The notes beneath the pieces are model-generated. The model was not told the origin of the DNA. It was given only the letters and a program-made list of their open reading frames with translations, and searched no databases. Shown here one piece after another: positions 1 through 31,130 of a stretch of 64,000 nt of DNA. The translations under genes were made by a program, and so were the position numbers. The stretch comes from Octopus sinensis (taxonomy: Eukaryota), in contig NC_043009.1 in the NCBI RefSeq assembly GCF_006345805.1, positions 62,992,001-63,056,000 of the forward strand, read 5' to 3'. Position 1 is the stretch's first letter; every line of letters starts with the position of its first letter.

Positions 1-29
1 ATTTTTCAATAGTCCGTGTGGTGACACCT

Positions 30-263
30 AAATGCACCAACCGATTGTGACCGTTTTCCAGCCTCCTCTGGCACCTGTGCTGGTGGCACATAAAAAGCAC
101 CCACTACACTCACGGAGTGGTTGGCGTTAGGAAGGGCATCCAGCTGTAGAAACTCTGCCAGATCAAGATTGGAGCCTGGTGCAGCCTCCTGGCTTCCCAG
201 ACCCCGGTCGAACCGTCCAACCCATGCTAGCATGGAAAACAGACGTTAAACAATGATGATGAC
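30..263 (+). mobile_element. SINE family A (3' end ...CATGCTAGCATGGAAAACGGACGTTAAA(GAT)n, RTE-type tail)
   Basis: Near-identical copies recur across the window; (GAT)n tail. Confidence 0.8.
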
Positions 264-690
264 TGTAATCATTCTGGCATGACAAGGCCAATGTCTTTGA
301 GTTAAAATGATGTCTTTCAAGACACCATTTCATTTCTTTGTGAGAACTGTAGAGGAGTGAAAGGAGACATTGTGACTGGAAGCGAGGGAGAAAGAGTGAT
401 GTTGGAACTGGAAGAGAGGGGAAGTGACATCATGTCATTTGAATAGCCTCTTTATTCATCAGAATATCAAGGGGTAGGGATATGTGGAAGGGATCTCCTA
501 GGAAGAGTAGTTTCTGCCAGGAGGTTGGGGTAGTGTACACATAGGTACAACCAATGAGTTCTGCTGATCCTTGAGAAGCAAAGCTGGATACCCTGTTCTG
601 AGTTTGTCTTGCAGTAGGAGCGTTCTTATTACTTGTCTTTCCTTCTACAAGAATGTTGGTGATTTAGTGGAAACTGTGGTTACTGCCAGT

Positions 691-1108
691 GTCTCATGAC
701 TGGCTCCTGTGCTGGTGGCACATAGAAAGCACCATCTGAACATTTTCAATGCCAGGTCTGCCTGACTGGCTCCCGTACCAGTGACACATAAAAAGCACCA
801 TCCGAATGTGGCCGATGCCAGTACCCCCTGACTGGCTCCTGTGCCAGTGACACGTAAAAAGCACTATCCAAACATGATTGATGCCAGGCCTGCCTGGCTG
901 GCTCCTGTGCTGGTGGCACATAAAATGCACCCACTGCACTTTCAGAGTGGTTGGCATTAGGAAGGGCATCCAGCTGTAGAAACTCTACCAGACCAGATTG
1001 GAGCCTGGCGCAGCTGCTGGCTCTCCAGACCCCAGTCAAACTGTCCAACCCATGCCAGCATGGAAAACAGACGTTAAACAATGATGATGATGATGATGAT
1101 GCTGATGA
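691..1108 (+). mobile_element. SINE family A with several internal GTGCCNNNGGCAC modules
   Basis: Same body and (GAT)n tail as the other family A copies. Confidence 0.8.
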
Positions 1109-1490
1109 ATGTTGTCTTGATAGCAAAACCTGTTCTGGTGCCAGCCAACAACTTTCACTCCATTGAAGAAGCAGCTGAGTGGAACAATCTTTCTAGTCTG
1201 GTAGCACAAAATACACCTGTATCTTGTAAAGTGATTGGTGAGTAGAGAATGTACGTAAAGGGTTTGGAGGCTCCTTTATTTAACATCTCTAGAGTTGGTA
1301 CCATTAAAAAAAAAAAAAACTCACACCTAGTACATTCTGTAAAATGGTCAGTAGCAGGAAAATTATTCGACTTCCAAAAATGAAGTGAAATGATATGTAC
1401 AAGCATCAGTTTTTGGAAGTAGCAGCTCCCAATAGAAGACTCAAACTGAGATGATCCATTCAACCCATGGAAAACAGACGTAAAAACAAT

Positions 1491-1612
1491 GATGAAGGCT
1501 GGAGGGTATATCAGCCGAAATGTTGTGATAACATAAAAAGAAGATGAGGACAAATATCCGTCAAATGTAAATTACATAATTCCTCATCTCTTAAATATAG
1601 AACTATGCTTTT
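1491..1612 (+). mobile_element. Penelope-like terminal fragment
   Basis: Homologous to 44860-45055 (opposite strand); TGATGA-AGGCTG..CAGCC-GAAA hammerhead-like core. Confidence 0.55.
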
Positions 1613-1644
1613 TTTTTTTTTCTATACATGAATACTGTAGAGTC

Positions 1645-1890
1645 ATGTGGCTTAATGGTTAAGGTGTCAGCACCATGATCATAAGGTTATAGTTTCGATT
1701 CTTGGACTGGGCAATGCATTGTGTTCTTGAGCAAAACACTTCATTTCACATTGCTCCAGTCCACTCAACTGGCAAAAAATGAATAACGCTGCAATGGAAT
1801 GGTGTCCTGTCCAGCTGGAGAACACATACGCCATAGAAACCGGGAAACCGGGCCCACGAGCCTCGCTAGGCTTTAAAAAGGGCGCATTTC
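1645..1890 (+). mobile_element. tRNA-derived SINE family D
   Basis: A-box TGGCTTAATGG, B-box-like GTTTCGATTC, and the body TTCTTGAGCAAAACACTTCATTTCACATTGCTCCAGTCCAC shared with 20650-20780 and 55010-55384. Confidence 0.65.
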
Positions 1891-2214
1891 TTTTTTTATA
1901 CATGAATAGTGCATTATATACAGCAATTTGCAAAACAGCAAGTCCTCTTGTCACTGTTGCCTCATCTTTCATGGAGCATATTGCTCTGTTGAATCTCTTT
2001 TAATTACGATCACAATATTTTGCTTCTGATGTTTTGTCTCTGAAGAGTAGATTTCGTTTGTGAAGCAGCTGAGGAATATAAAAATGGAAAATAATCATTC
2101 AATTATTTTTCTGAAATGACTGAACGGAGGAAACTGTTGTAGATTGTGCTTGTGAGTTGTTTAGGTTACTTGTGTATTGGACGAGAGATGAAGGTAAAAA
2201 CTACCGATAAATAC

Positions 2215-2570
<356 letters not shown>

Positions 2571-2838
2571 ACGAAGTTTCTTATTGTAAAGAAAGCAACA
2601 TTAAAATATAACAGAGAGTAATGAATATTTATATACAAGTTTTCTTAGAAATTTGAAGAATAGAGATTCATAATTTTTTTCTCCATTTTGTAATGAATTA
2701 CTTCTGCTAAAAGAAACGTCCCACCTTTGAAAGTGGTTGTTTAATAAGTTAACTAAATGTTTTAACGATCATGTTTAGAAATGTGTATGTGTCCGTCTGT
2801 GTACATACATTCATACATGCATGCATGTATACGTACGT

Positions 2839-2977
<139 letters not shown>

Positions 2978-4364
2978 CAGACAGATAGAGGGTGATTAAT
3001 GTCTGTTTTTATGTTGGAAAATTCTGTTTCTCTTTTTTTAAAAAAGAAATGTCTTTTTTTCAAAAGTGTTAGCTTTATAAGTTAAGAATGTTTTCCACTG
3101 TGAGTGGGCGCTAAAAAGTTCCGGCTTTGGGTAAAAAAAAATAAAATAAAATAAAGGAGGATTGTTTAATTGTGATTTTATTCAACATATTTCCCTCTCA
3201 AATTCACACACTTATTGCAGTGGTCCTCCAGTTTTTCTAAGCCCTGTAAAAGAACTCAGAAAGGTTAGGCCTCCAACAAGGTCTTTTGCGACATCCTTAA
3301 AGCCAGGAACTTTTCAGCAGCCCTTCGTAAATGTGTTTATCTGTGTAAATTCATATTCAACATTTTTGCACTCAAATGTAGAAAGACCTATGTTATAGTA
3401 ACTGTCTGAGAGAAGAAATCCTCTTTATAGACGATTGGGATTAAAAAAAACCCACCAAGACGAGCGCTCAATGACGTCATTGAACCGTAGATAATGAAAG
3501 TCGTTCATAGCTCAATAAGAAGTTCCATTCTTATCAGTAAACAACAAAAAATACGTTTGCTGGTATGTGCTAAGCTTTGTCACGCAGGAATTACTCACCC
3601 CAAGAATAAGCCATTTCTAATTCTGGAATCCAAAGATAAGCAAACTGTCTTTATAATTATAATACCTATCTACTTGTAATCTGAGAATGTTCTTACAAAC
3701 GTATGTACATCGCACACCTTCTGAACCTCTGATAGAAAACATGTAGCGCTAGGCTTAGACTAAACCACGAAAAGGACATTTTCCATTCGTTTGCATCCGA
3801 GTTGGGCATGACAAGAATAGGACCTTTTATAGATTTCAATATTTTTTATTTTCTTTCCGTAGAATTTAAACTTTTGCGGTATTTCAGTGCAAACGGAACC
3901 AATTTGCTCACTGGACGAGAATCCAACAGACTCTTCGAACTTGGATCATTTAGACCACACTGGAACGTATGATACTTCACGAAGTTATAACTCTTTCGAT
4001 GTACGACAATACTTGACATAAAAAAAATGAAAACTAAAGCACCAACAGATACCAATTAATCCTCTTTTGCAGCAGATTTTGCTTGATCTTCCTTGGATGA
4101 TTTTCCCGTAACAATTTACCCTTTTCATTTGTTAGTAACTCTTTGCCTTTCTGCGGGGCGAGTTGATATGAAACGGGTTAAACGAAACTTGTAAGTCGAG
4201 ACAGCCAAATAGATAGGAGGTCAAATATTTAAATCAAAACAACAGATTCAAAACTGACAATTTTTTTTTATAGTCGCACATGCCACGAAATTACCAATAA
4301 CGTTAAGTGAGGACTATTATCTCCATAAATACACGCACGCACGCACACATACTTACATACACGT

Positions 4365-5291
4365 ATATATTTCTTTATTGCCCACAGGGGGCGAAACATA
4401 GAGGGGACAAACAAGGAGAGACAAAGGGATTAAGTCGATTACATCGACCCCAGTGTGTAACTGGTACTTATTTAATCGACCCAGAAAGGATGAAAGGCAA
4501 AGTCGACCTCGGTGGAATTTGAACTCAGAATGTAGCGGCAGCCGAAATACCTATTTCTTTACTACCCACAAGGGGCTACACACAGAGGGACAAATAAGGA
4601 CAGACAAACGGATTAAGTCGATTAAGGATGAAAGGCAAAGTCGACCTCGGCGGAATTTGAACTCAGAACGTAGCGGCAGCCGAAATACCTATTTCTTTAC
4701 TACCCACAAGGGGCTACACACAGAGGGACAAATAAGGACAGACAAACGGATTAAGTCGATTAAGGATGAAAGGCAAAGTCGACCTCGGCGGAATTTGAAC
4801 TCAGAACGTAGCGGCAGCCGAAATACTTATTTCTTTACTACCCACAAGGGGCTACACACAGAGGGACAAATAAGGACAGACAAACGGATTAAGTCGATTA
4901 AGGATGAAAGGCAAAGTCGACTCGGCGGAATTTGAACTCAGAACGTAGCGGCAGCCGAAATACCTATTTCTTTACTACCCACAAGGGGCTACACACAGAG
5001 GGACAAATAAGGACAGACAAACGGATTAAGTCGATTAAGGATGAAAGGCAAAGTCGACCTCGGCGGAATTTGAACTCAGAACGTACGTAGCGGCAGCCGA
5101 AATACCTATTTCTTTACTACCCACAAGGGGCTACACACAGAGGGACAAATAAGGACAGACAAACGGATTAAGTCGATTAAGGATGAAAGGCAAAGTCGAC
5201 CTCGGCGGAATTTGAACTCAGAACGTAACGGCAGACGAAATACGGTTACGCATTTCGCCCGGCGTGCAAACGTTTCTGCCAGCTCGCCGCC
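4365..5291 (-). mobile_element. tRNA-derived CORE-type SINE (family B) concatemer: one head plus about five tandem 138-bp internal units
   Basis: Head GGCGGCGAGCTGGCAGAAACG.. at 5291; CORE-like TTTGCCTTTCATCCTT; unit starts at 4624, 4762, 4900, 5037 and 5179. Confidence 0.9.
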
Positions 5292-5399
5292 CTCGAGCGG
5301 TTTGCGTGTTGCTGTGTTCATATCGCTACCCACAAGACCATTGAGACAACAGCACATACACGTATATATGTGTATGAATACATACATGTGTGTGTGTAT

Positions 5400-5623
5400 A
5401 AATGACATACTTACTCGAGTCACTCCCACCAGGTTTATCTTCCCTTCCTTATAACTAACTCTCACCTGTGACAACAGGTGTCCTCATTTCCTCATTTCAT
5501 TTGTCCCAAACGTCACACGCTATAACTTTCCACATTTTTAAATGTTGCCGTCGGACTGATTAATTTTTTTTTTACCTGGATATACCTCCCGATTTTCTGT
5601 ACCTTTTCTTAAAAAAAAAAAAA
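5400..5623 (+). promoter_or_regulatory. Putative M6 promoter / 5'UTR
   Basis: Unique sequence directly upstream of ATGG|GTGAGT; TATAAC boxes near 5450 and 5521; inverted E-box pair CACCTGT-N4-ACAGGTG at 5463-5480. TSS not determinable. Confidence 0.35.
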
Positions 5624-23389
<17,766 letters not shown>

Positions 23390-24744
23390 TTTTAACATCA
23401 ACATCATTCTATGTTTTATCATCATTGATCCTTTCTAAATGTTGTGCAGCTCAAAACGTTTTTACCTGCTCAGAAAACTTTGGAAGTTTTCTTATATTTA
23501 AACACTTTCCATTGTAATTCCATTATAATTCCATTATCGTACACTGGTATCTTTTATATTGTACAGTTTTGTCCAAAAGTGTGAAACCAAAATGGATTTT
23601 GTATAGACAAGTAGAATCATTTATCTAATACAAGCAGACAAAGATCTTTCATGGATTAAGACTGCATTGTGAATCCTAATCAAAAGTTGCAAGAAAATAG
23701 ATATATTTTTCTATTTTGCTAACATCGTAGCAAATCGTAATTAACTGATCATAATTGCTTGAAGTGTTTTGTAAAATATTGTAAAATTAAATGTGAAATC
23801 ATCTTTGCTGTATTAAACTATAGTCTAGTATGTTTGTGTGTAGAACAGTCACAACATTCCAAACGTTATAAGCCATATTCCTTAATGAGTTACACTTGAG
23901 ATTTATAGAGGGGGGAGTAGTAACTCATCGATTTAGAAGACTTTTCTGGTGTTAGGAAACCTAGTTTTTGTGATGTAAATATAGTGATACTGTCTGAATG
24001 ATTTCACCATGAGATAGTAATTGTGACATCTTGCAGCCTAGAAGTTTTAGTGAATTTAAAAGATTTTAGCCCTGGCTGGCTCATGCAAAGGGACATTACG
24101 ATGTAAAGCTGTTTCTTTAATGCGTCGATTAAAGAAAATTAGTTTGAATGTCCCGATTAAAGGTTTATATTCATGGAGGCCATGTATGTCTTGTGTAACG
24201 TGCTGAGGTTATATATGGATGATGAAAAAGTTTAAGGAGGTTGGTTATTGTCTGGTTGTAATGCATGTTGTTAGAACTGACTGAAAATAAGATATCAATA
24301 TGTGAGACACAACTGAACCTTGGGGTACATCAGAGTTGGAAGATTGTGGTTGGGAAGAATCTCATCAGTGTACACTTCAATGGAGATGTGTGTGTTTGCA
24401 TGCATGCATGTGGTGTGTGTATGCGTGCATGTAATGTGTGTGTGTGTGTGTGTGTGTGTAATTGTCCATTTTTGCTCATTCTTTTCTTTATGTGTATTAA
24501 ATGTAGTATAACTAATCTGTAGCTAATATTCCTTTGTTAAATATATGTACACCTCAACAAGGCTACTGTTAGTTTCATGCTGAGAGAAAATTTCTCAGCA
24601 ATTGATGAGAAATTTTCTTTTGGCATGAAACCAATAGTGTCCTTGTTAACCCACATATATAAAATATTTATCCACCAATGTGGTGTTGAGCACTCATCCT
24701 CACTGTTCAATATTAGCATGTGTGTATATGTATATATATATATA

Positions 24745-24796
<52 letters not shown>

Positions 24797-24809
24797 TACA
24801 CACATGCAC

Positions 24810-25413
24810 ATTCTTTTACTTGTGTCAGTCATTTGACTGTGGCCATGCTGTAGCACTGCCTTCAATCGAACAAATCAACTTTTTTGTAAGCCAAGTACTT
24901 ATTCTATTGGTCTCTTTTGCCAAACTGCTAAGTTACAGGGACGTAAACCCACCAACATCGGTTATCACACGATGGTGGAAGGACAAACACAGACACACAA
25001 ATACATACATTTATAAACATATATGACGGGTTTCTTTCACTTTTTGCCTACCAAATCCACTCGCAATGCTTTGGTTGGCCTGAGGCTAAAGTAGAAGACA
25101 CTTGCCCAAGGTGTCACGAAATGGGACTGAACCTGGAACCATGTGGTTGGTAAGCATGATTCTTACCACTCAGCCACTCCTGTGCCTATTCTTTTATTCT
25201 TTTACTTGTTTCAGTCATTTGATTGTGGTCATGCTGGAGCACTACCTTTAGTCGAGCAACTCGACCCCAGGACTTATTCTTTGTAAGCCTAGTACTTATT
25301 CTATTGTTCCTTTTGCTGAACCGCTAAGTTACGGGGATGTAAACACACCAGCATTGGTTGTCAAGCAATGTTGGGGGGACAAACACAGACACACAAACAT
25401 ACCATACATACAT

Positions 25414-25473
<60 letters not shown>

Positions 25474-25635
25474 TACGATGGGCTTCTTTCAGTCTCCGGC
25501 TACCAAATCCACTCACAAGGCTTGGTTGGCCTGAGGTTATAGTAGAAGACAATTGCCCAAGGTGCCACGCAGTGGGACTGAACCCAGAACTATGTGGTTG
25601 GTAAGCAAGCTACTTACCACGCAGCCACTCTTACG

Positions 25636-25640
<5 letters not shown>
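24810..25640 (-). mobile_element. Two tandem family C SINEs
   Basis: Two successive TTTTACTTG..TCAGTCATTTGA..GCCACTCC copies, the second with an internal (TA)n. Confidence 0.85.
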
Positions 25641-25700
<60 letters not shown>

Positions 25701-25760
25701 ATAGTATGACAGCAAAAAAGAGAAAGAGACCCTGATATTATGTAAATAGAGGAATTTATC

Positions 25761-25971
25761 TGTAATATAATATGTGACAATTATTTAGTTGCCATAACAA
25801 AACTCTGGGTTTTGGATGTAGGGAGGAAATCTGCTCTGGCATCACATCAGTTATTAAGACAAACAACAAAGTCTTAGTAACTGACATGATGCCAGAGCAG
25901 ATTTCTGCCCTGACGTCCGAAACTTGGCGTTTTATTATTGCAACCGAATAATTGTCACATATTATATTACA
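25761..25971. repeat. Imperfect 100-bp inverted repeat (foldback element) with 10-nt spacer
   Basis: Arms 25761-25860 and 25871-25971 are reverse complements. Confidence 0.85.
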
Positions 25972-25982
25972 TATACATATAT

Positions 25983-26387
25983 ACTAGCAGTATCGCCCGG
26001 CGTTGATCAGGTTTGTTTTGACCCTTTAGAATTGGAATTTTTGAAAAGTAAAAATTTTGCATTATGTAGCTTGTATTCTCTTTAAGGGAACATTTTTCTG
26101 GTTGAAATACACCGAAAAATGGCGACACAGCAGTAAAAAAATCGTAAAAAATCGGGATTTTCATAGACAAAAAGCACCTTTTTGATGTAAATAATTTTTG
26201 GTGTTAACATGGTCCGATTTGAATTTTTTCTTCTACAGAATGAAGAGCAAGCCTTCTTCTATCATACTCTTAATTTTGGTCAACTTCTGCTGCAGGGTCT
26301 CGGAGGAGATAGTGTTAGTTGAAGGCTACCAAACCTGCCATACACAGATAACTACAGCTTTATATATATATATATATATATATAGAT
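25983..26387 (+). mobile_element. Non-autonomous Helitron/Helentron-like (Lep1/DINE-like) element
   Basis: 5' ACTAGCAGTATCGCCCGGCGTTG.. and 3' ..CTTT(AT)nAGAT termini, typical of these elements. Confidence 0.55.
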
Positions 26388-27770
26388 ATATAAATATATA
26401 TATAAATATATATATATCACATATATTTCGTATGTATTGCATAACATTGTGTGTAGTATAGAATTAACATTGTTTACAGAAACGTTCATAAGTTGACTGC
26501 TCTTTTCCTCACATTAAATTGTATACAAGATGGATGTGAGTGTTTAATGCATTGCTCATGGATCGACTTTTACTAATATTTTACACTAGTCTTTAACAAA
26601 GCAAACATTACCATTGTATATATCAAAGAAATAGTCTCATACTATAAAAGGAAATGCAATAATAATTTTTTTCAAATGTATTTTTATTGTATATTTAATG
26701 TCAATTCAAATTAAATATTATGATTTTAAAAATAAAACATAGTTAAAAACGATTTCATTTCATTTTTCTTCGCATCTCAAACATTTTGCCAAACTGATGC
26801 AAAAACAGAAAAAAAATGGTATATCAGGGGAAAATCAAAATGTTTCAAACAGGGGAAACTTTAATCATAAAAATATGAATTGAACTTAAAAAAGTTGGAA
26901 TATATATATATATGTATATGTAAATATGTGTGTGTGTATCCCTTCCTTTGCCTTAGTAATGTGTGTATGTGTGTAAATATGTGTATATATATATGTGTTC
27001 TTTTCTCCCACTTACCCCTACTAACATATGTGTGTATGTCTTTCTGCCCCTTTTCTCTACAAATGTGAATCGCCAGGTAAGTCATGCAAGACCCCTATAC
27101 AAAAATCTGCTTTACCCCCCCCCCCCACTGTTGTATTGTAATCTCTCTATTCCCAAGCATGCATCTGTGTCCCCTGCTCTCCTTCCCATCTAAGGCTCAT
27201 AGTTTGGCAAACTGCATGGCGACCTCAATAGTGCAAGTAGCATGGAAAAAAAGCACCCAATCCATGCTGTGAAGCATTACAAAGGGCATTAAACCATAAA
27301 ACCCTTATCAAAGCAGACACTGGGACTCAATGCTGTCCTTGGATATACATCCTGTCAAACCATCTAACCCATGCTAGCATGGAATATGGATGCTAGATAA
27401 TGATGATGATGTGTGTGTGAGGTCGGGTCAATGCATGAGGTACAAATCCTTTACCAATTAATAATACAAAATAGTTGCTGTATGGTTTTGATTTGGTGCC
27501 ATGGCTGACTGGATGATAGGTGAAAAAACATGCTACATTACAGGTTGAAAGATCTTGTATGTTCCTGGTGGTTTGTATCAAAGCTGTTTGGTATCACTAA
27601 GAAGCATGATGCTATTGGAAAGTGCCAAAAATGTCATGATTGCCAGTTGACTCTTGAAGAATGGAATATCCTGTAGTATAAACGTATGCAACATATATAT
27701 TATCTTATTACATATATAATGCATCTGTGTGTGTGTGTATATATATATATATATGACAAACACACACATT

Positions 27771-27955
27771 CGAAGCCGAAACCGAGCCTGAACTCGAACT
27801 CGAACCCGAACCCGAACCTGAAGCCGGACCCGATCCCAAAGCCGAGCCCGAACCCAAAGCCAGAGCCGAGCCCGAACCCGAAGCCGGACCCGATCCCGAA
27901 CCCGAACCCGAACCCGATCCCGAACCTGAAGCCGAAGCCGAAGCTGAACCCGAAC
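27771..27955 (+). repeat. Hexamer array (CCGAAC/CCGAAG)n
   Basis: Direct reading; about 30 units. Confidence 0.95.
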
Positions 27956-28526
27956 ATCACGTCATTTAACATCATTTCATTTAGCATCATTTAATGTCGT
28001 TTACCGTCACGTCATTTGACGTTATTTACTATGACATCATTTAATGTCATTTAACGTCACGTCATTTATTGTAATTTAACGTTACCCATATAACGTCATT
28101 TAACGTCATTTTACATCACGTCATTTAACGTCGTTTAGCATCAGGTAATTTAGCGTTATTTACTATGACATCATTTAACGTAATTTAACGTCACCCATAT
28201 AACGTCATTTAATGTCATTTTACATCACGTCATTTAACGTCGTTTACTATGACATTTAATGTCACGTCATTTAGCGTAATTTAACGTTACCCATATAACG
28301 TCATTTAACGTCATGTTATTTAACGTATTTACTATGACGTCATTTAACGTCAATTAACGTCACTTAGCGTAACGTCATTTAGCTTAACTTAACGTCACAC
28401 ATATATAGTCATTTAACGTCATTTTACATCACGTCATTTAACGTCATGTCATTTAACGTGATTTAACATCATTTAACATCGTTTACCGTCACCTCATTTA
28501 ACGTCGTTTACCGTCATGTCATTTAG
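27956..28526 (+). repeat. Degenerate about 10-bp array (AACGTCATTT)n
   Basis: Direct reading. Confidence 0.9.
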
Positions 28527-31130
28527 CGATAAATGACATAGCGGTTCGCCAAACGAGATTGATAAAATGACGTAGCGGTTCGCCAAAGGAAATCAATAAA
28601 ATGACGTATCGGTTCGACAAACAAGACCAATAAAATAACGTAGCGGTTCGCCAAACGAGATCGATAAAATGACGCAGCGGTTCGGCAAACAAGATCGATA
28701 AAATGACAGCGGTTCGACAAATGCGATCGATAAAATGACAGCGGTTCGCCAAACTAGATCGATAAAATGACTTAGCGGTTCGCCAAACGAAATCGATAAA
28801 ATGTCGTAGCAGTTCGACAAATGCGATCGATAAAATGACTTAGCGGTTCGCCAAACGAGATCGATAGAATGACGTAGCGGTTCAGCAAACAAGATCGATA
28901 AATTGACTTCGCGGTTCGACAAACGAAATCGATAAAATGACGTAGCGGTTCGCCAAACAAGATCGATAAAATGACGTAGCGGTTCGCCAAACGAGATCGA
29001 TAAAATGACGTAGCGGTTCGACAAACGAAATCAATAAAATGACGTAGCGGTTCGCCAAACAACATCAATAAAATAAAGTAGCAGTTCGCCAAACAAGATT
29101 GATAAAATGACGTAGCGGTTCGACAAACGGGATCGATAAAATGACGTAGCAGTTCGCCAAACGAGATCGATAGAATGACATAGTGGTTCTCCAAACGATA
29201 TCGATAAAATGACGTAACGGTTCGACAAACCAGATCGGTAAAATAACTGAGCGTTTCGACAAACGAAATCGATAAAATGACATAGCAGTTCGCCAAACGT
29301 GATCGATAGAATGACATAGTGGTTCGCCAAACGAGATCGATAAAATGACGTAACGGTTCGACAAATCAGATCGATAAAATGATGTAGCGTTTCGACAAAC
29401 GATATCGATAAAATGACTTAGCGGTTCGCCAAACTAGATTGATAAAATGACGTAGCGGTTCGCCAAACGAGATCGATAAAATGACGCAGCGGTTCGCCAA
29501 ACGAGATCGATAAAATGACTTGGCGGTTCGACAAACGCGATCGATAAATTGACATAGCAGTTTGCCAAATGGTATCGATAAAATAACGTAGCGGTTCGAC
29601 AAACGAGTTCGATAAAATGACCTAGCGGTTCGCCAAATGAGATTGATAAAATGACGTAGCTGTTCGCCAAACGATATCGATAAAATGACATAGCGGTTCG
29701 CCAAACTGTTTCGATAAAATGATGTAGCGGTTCGCCAAACGAGGTCGATAAAATGACGTTGCGGTTCGACAAACTGGTTCGATAAAATGACGTAGCGGTT
29801 TGCCAAACGGTTTCGATAAAATGACATAGAGGTTCGGCAAACGATATCGATAAAATGACTGAGCCGTTCGACAAACCAGATCGATAAAATAACTGAGCGT
29901 TTCGACAAACGATATCGATAAAATGACTTAGCAGTTCGCCAAACGAGATCGATAGAATGACATAGTGGTTCACCAAACGAGATCGATAAAATGACGTAGC
30001 GGTTCGCCAAACGACATCAATAAAATAAAGTAGCGGTTCGCCAAACAAGATTGATAAAATGACGTAGCGGTTCGACAAACGGGATCGATAAAATGACGTA
30101 GCAGTTCGCCAAACGAGATCGATAGAATGACATAGTGGTTCCCCAAACGAGATCGATAAAATGACGTAACGGTTCGACAAACCAGATCGATAAAATAACT
30201 GAGCGTTTCGACAAACGAAATCGATAATATGACATAGCAGTTCGCCAAACGAGATCGATAGAATGACAGTGGTTCTCCAAACGAGATCGATAAAATGACG
30301 TAACGGTTCGACAAATCAGATCGATAAAATGATGTAGCGTTTCGACAAACGAGATCGATAAAATGACTTAGCGGTTCGCTAACCAGATCGATAAAATGAC
30401 GTAGCGGTTCGCCAAAAGGGTTCGATAAAATGAAGTAGCGGTTCGACAAACGGGTTCGATAAAATGACTTCGCGGTTCGACAAACAAGATCAATAAAATA
30501 ACGTAGAGGTTCGCCAAACGAGATTGATAAAATAACTGAGCGGTTCGCCAAACAAGATTGATAAAATGACTGAACGGTTCGACAAACCACATCGATAAAA
30601 TGACGTAGCTGTTCGCCAAACGAGATAAATAAAATGACGTCGTAGTTCGCCAAACGAGATCGATAAAATGACTTAGCGGTTCGACAAACGAGATCAATAA
30701 AATGATGTAGCGGCTCGCCAATCAAGATTGATAAAATAACGTAGCGGTTCGACAAACGGGTTCGATAAAATGACTTAGCGGTTCGACAAACCACATCGAT
30801 AAAATGACGTAGCGGTTCGCCAAACGAGATAAATAAAATGACGTCGTAGTTCGCCAAACGAGATCGATAAAATGACTTAGCGGTTCGACAAACGAGATCA
30901 ATAAAATGATGTAGCGGCTCGCCAATCAAGATTGATAAAATAACGTAGCGGTTCGACAAACGGGTTCGATAAAATGACTTAGCGGTTCGACAAACAAGAT
31001 CGATAAAATGACTTAGCGGTTCGCCAAACGAGATAGATAAAATGACGTAGCGGTTCGCCAATGGTTTCGATAAAATGACTTAGCGGTTCGACAAACAAGA
31101 TCGATAAAATGACGTAGCAGTTCGCCAAAC
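28527..31130 (+). repeat. 34-bp satellite, consensus CGATAAAATGACGTAGCGGTTCGCCAAACGAGAT, about 76 units
   Basis: Head-to-tail units without spacers; internal duplications at offsets of 952 and 204 bp (28 and 6 units). Confidence 0.95.

Noticed and set aside
270-690. Possible exon or LINE remnant at the window start (also 1110-1460)
   Set aside because: Open stretches exist on the minus strand, but no motif or clean splice pair could be recognised.
27686-27994. PKP/NPNP-repeat ORF resembling a surface antigen
   Set aside because: Product of the CCGAAC hexamer array; it begins in (TA)n/(GT)n sequence and has no signal peptide.
28527-31130. 34-bp array as a CRISPR array
   Set aside because: Units are head-to-tail with no unique spacers, there are no cas genes, and the context is eukaryotic.
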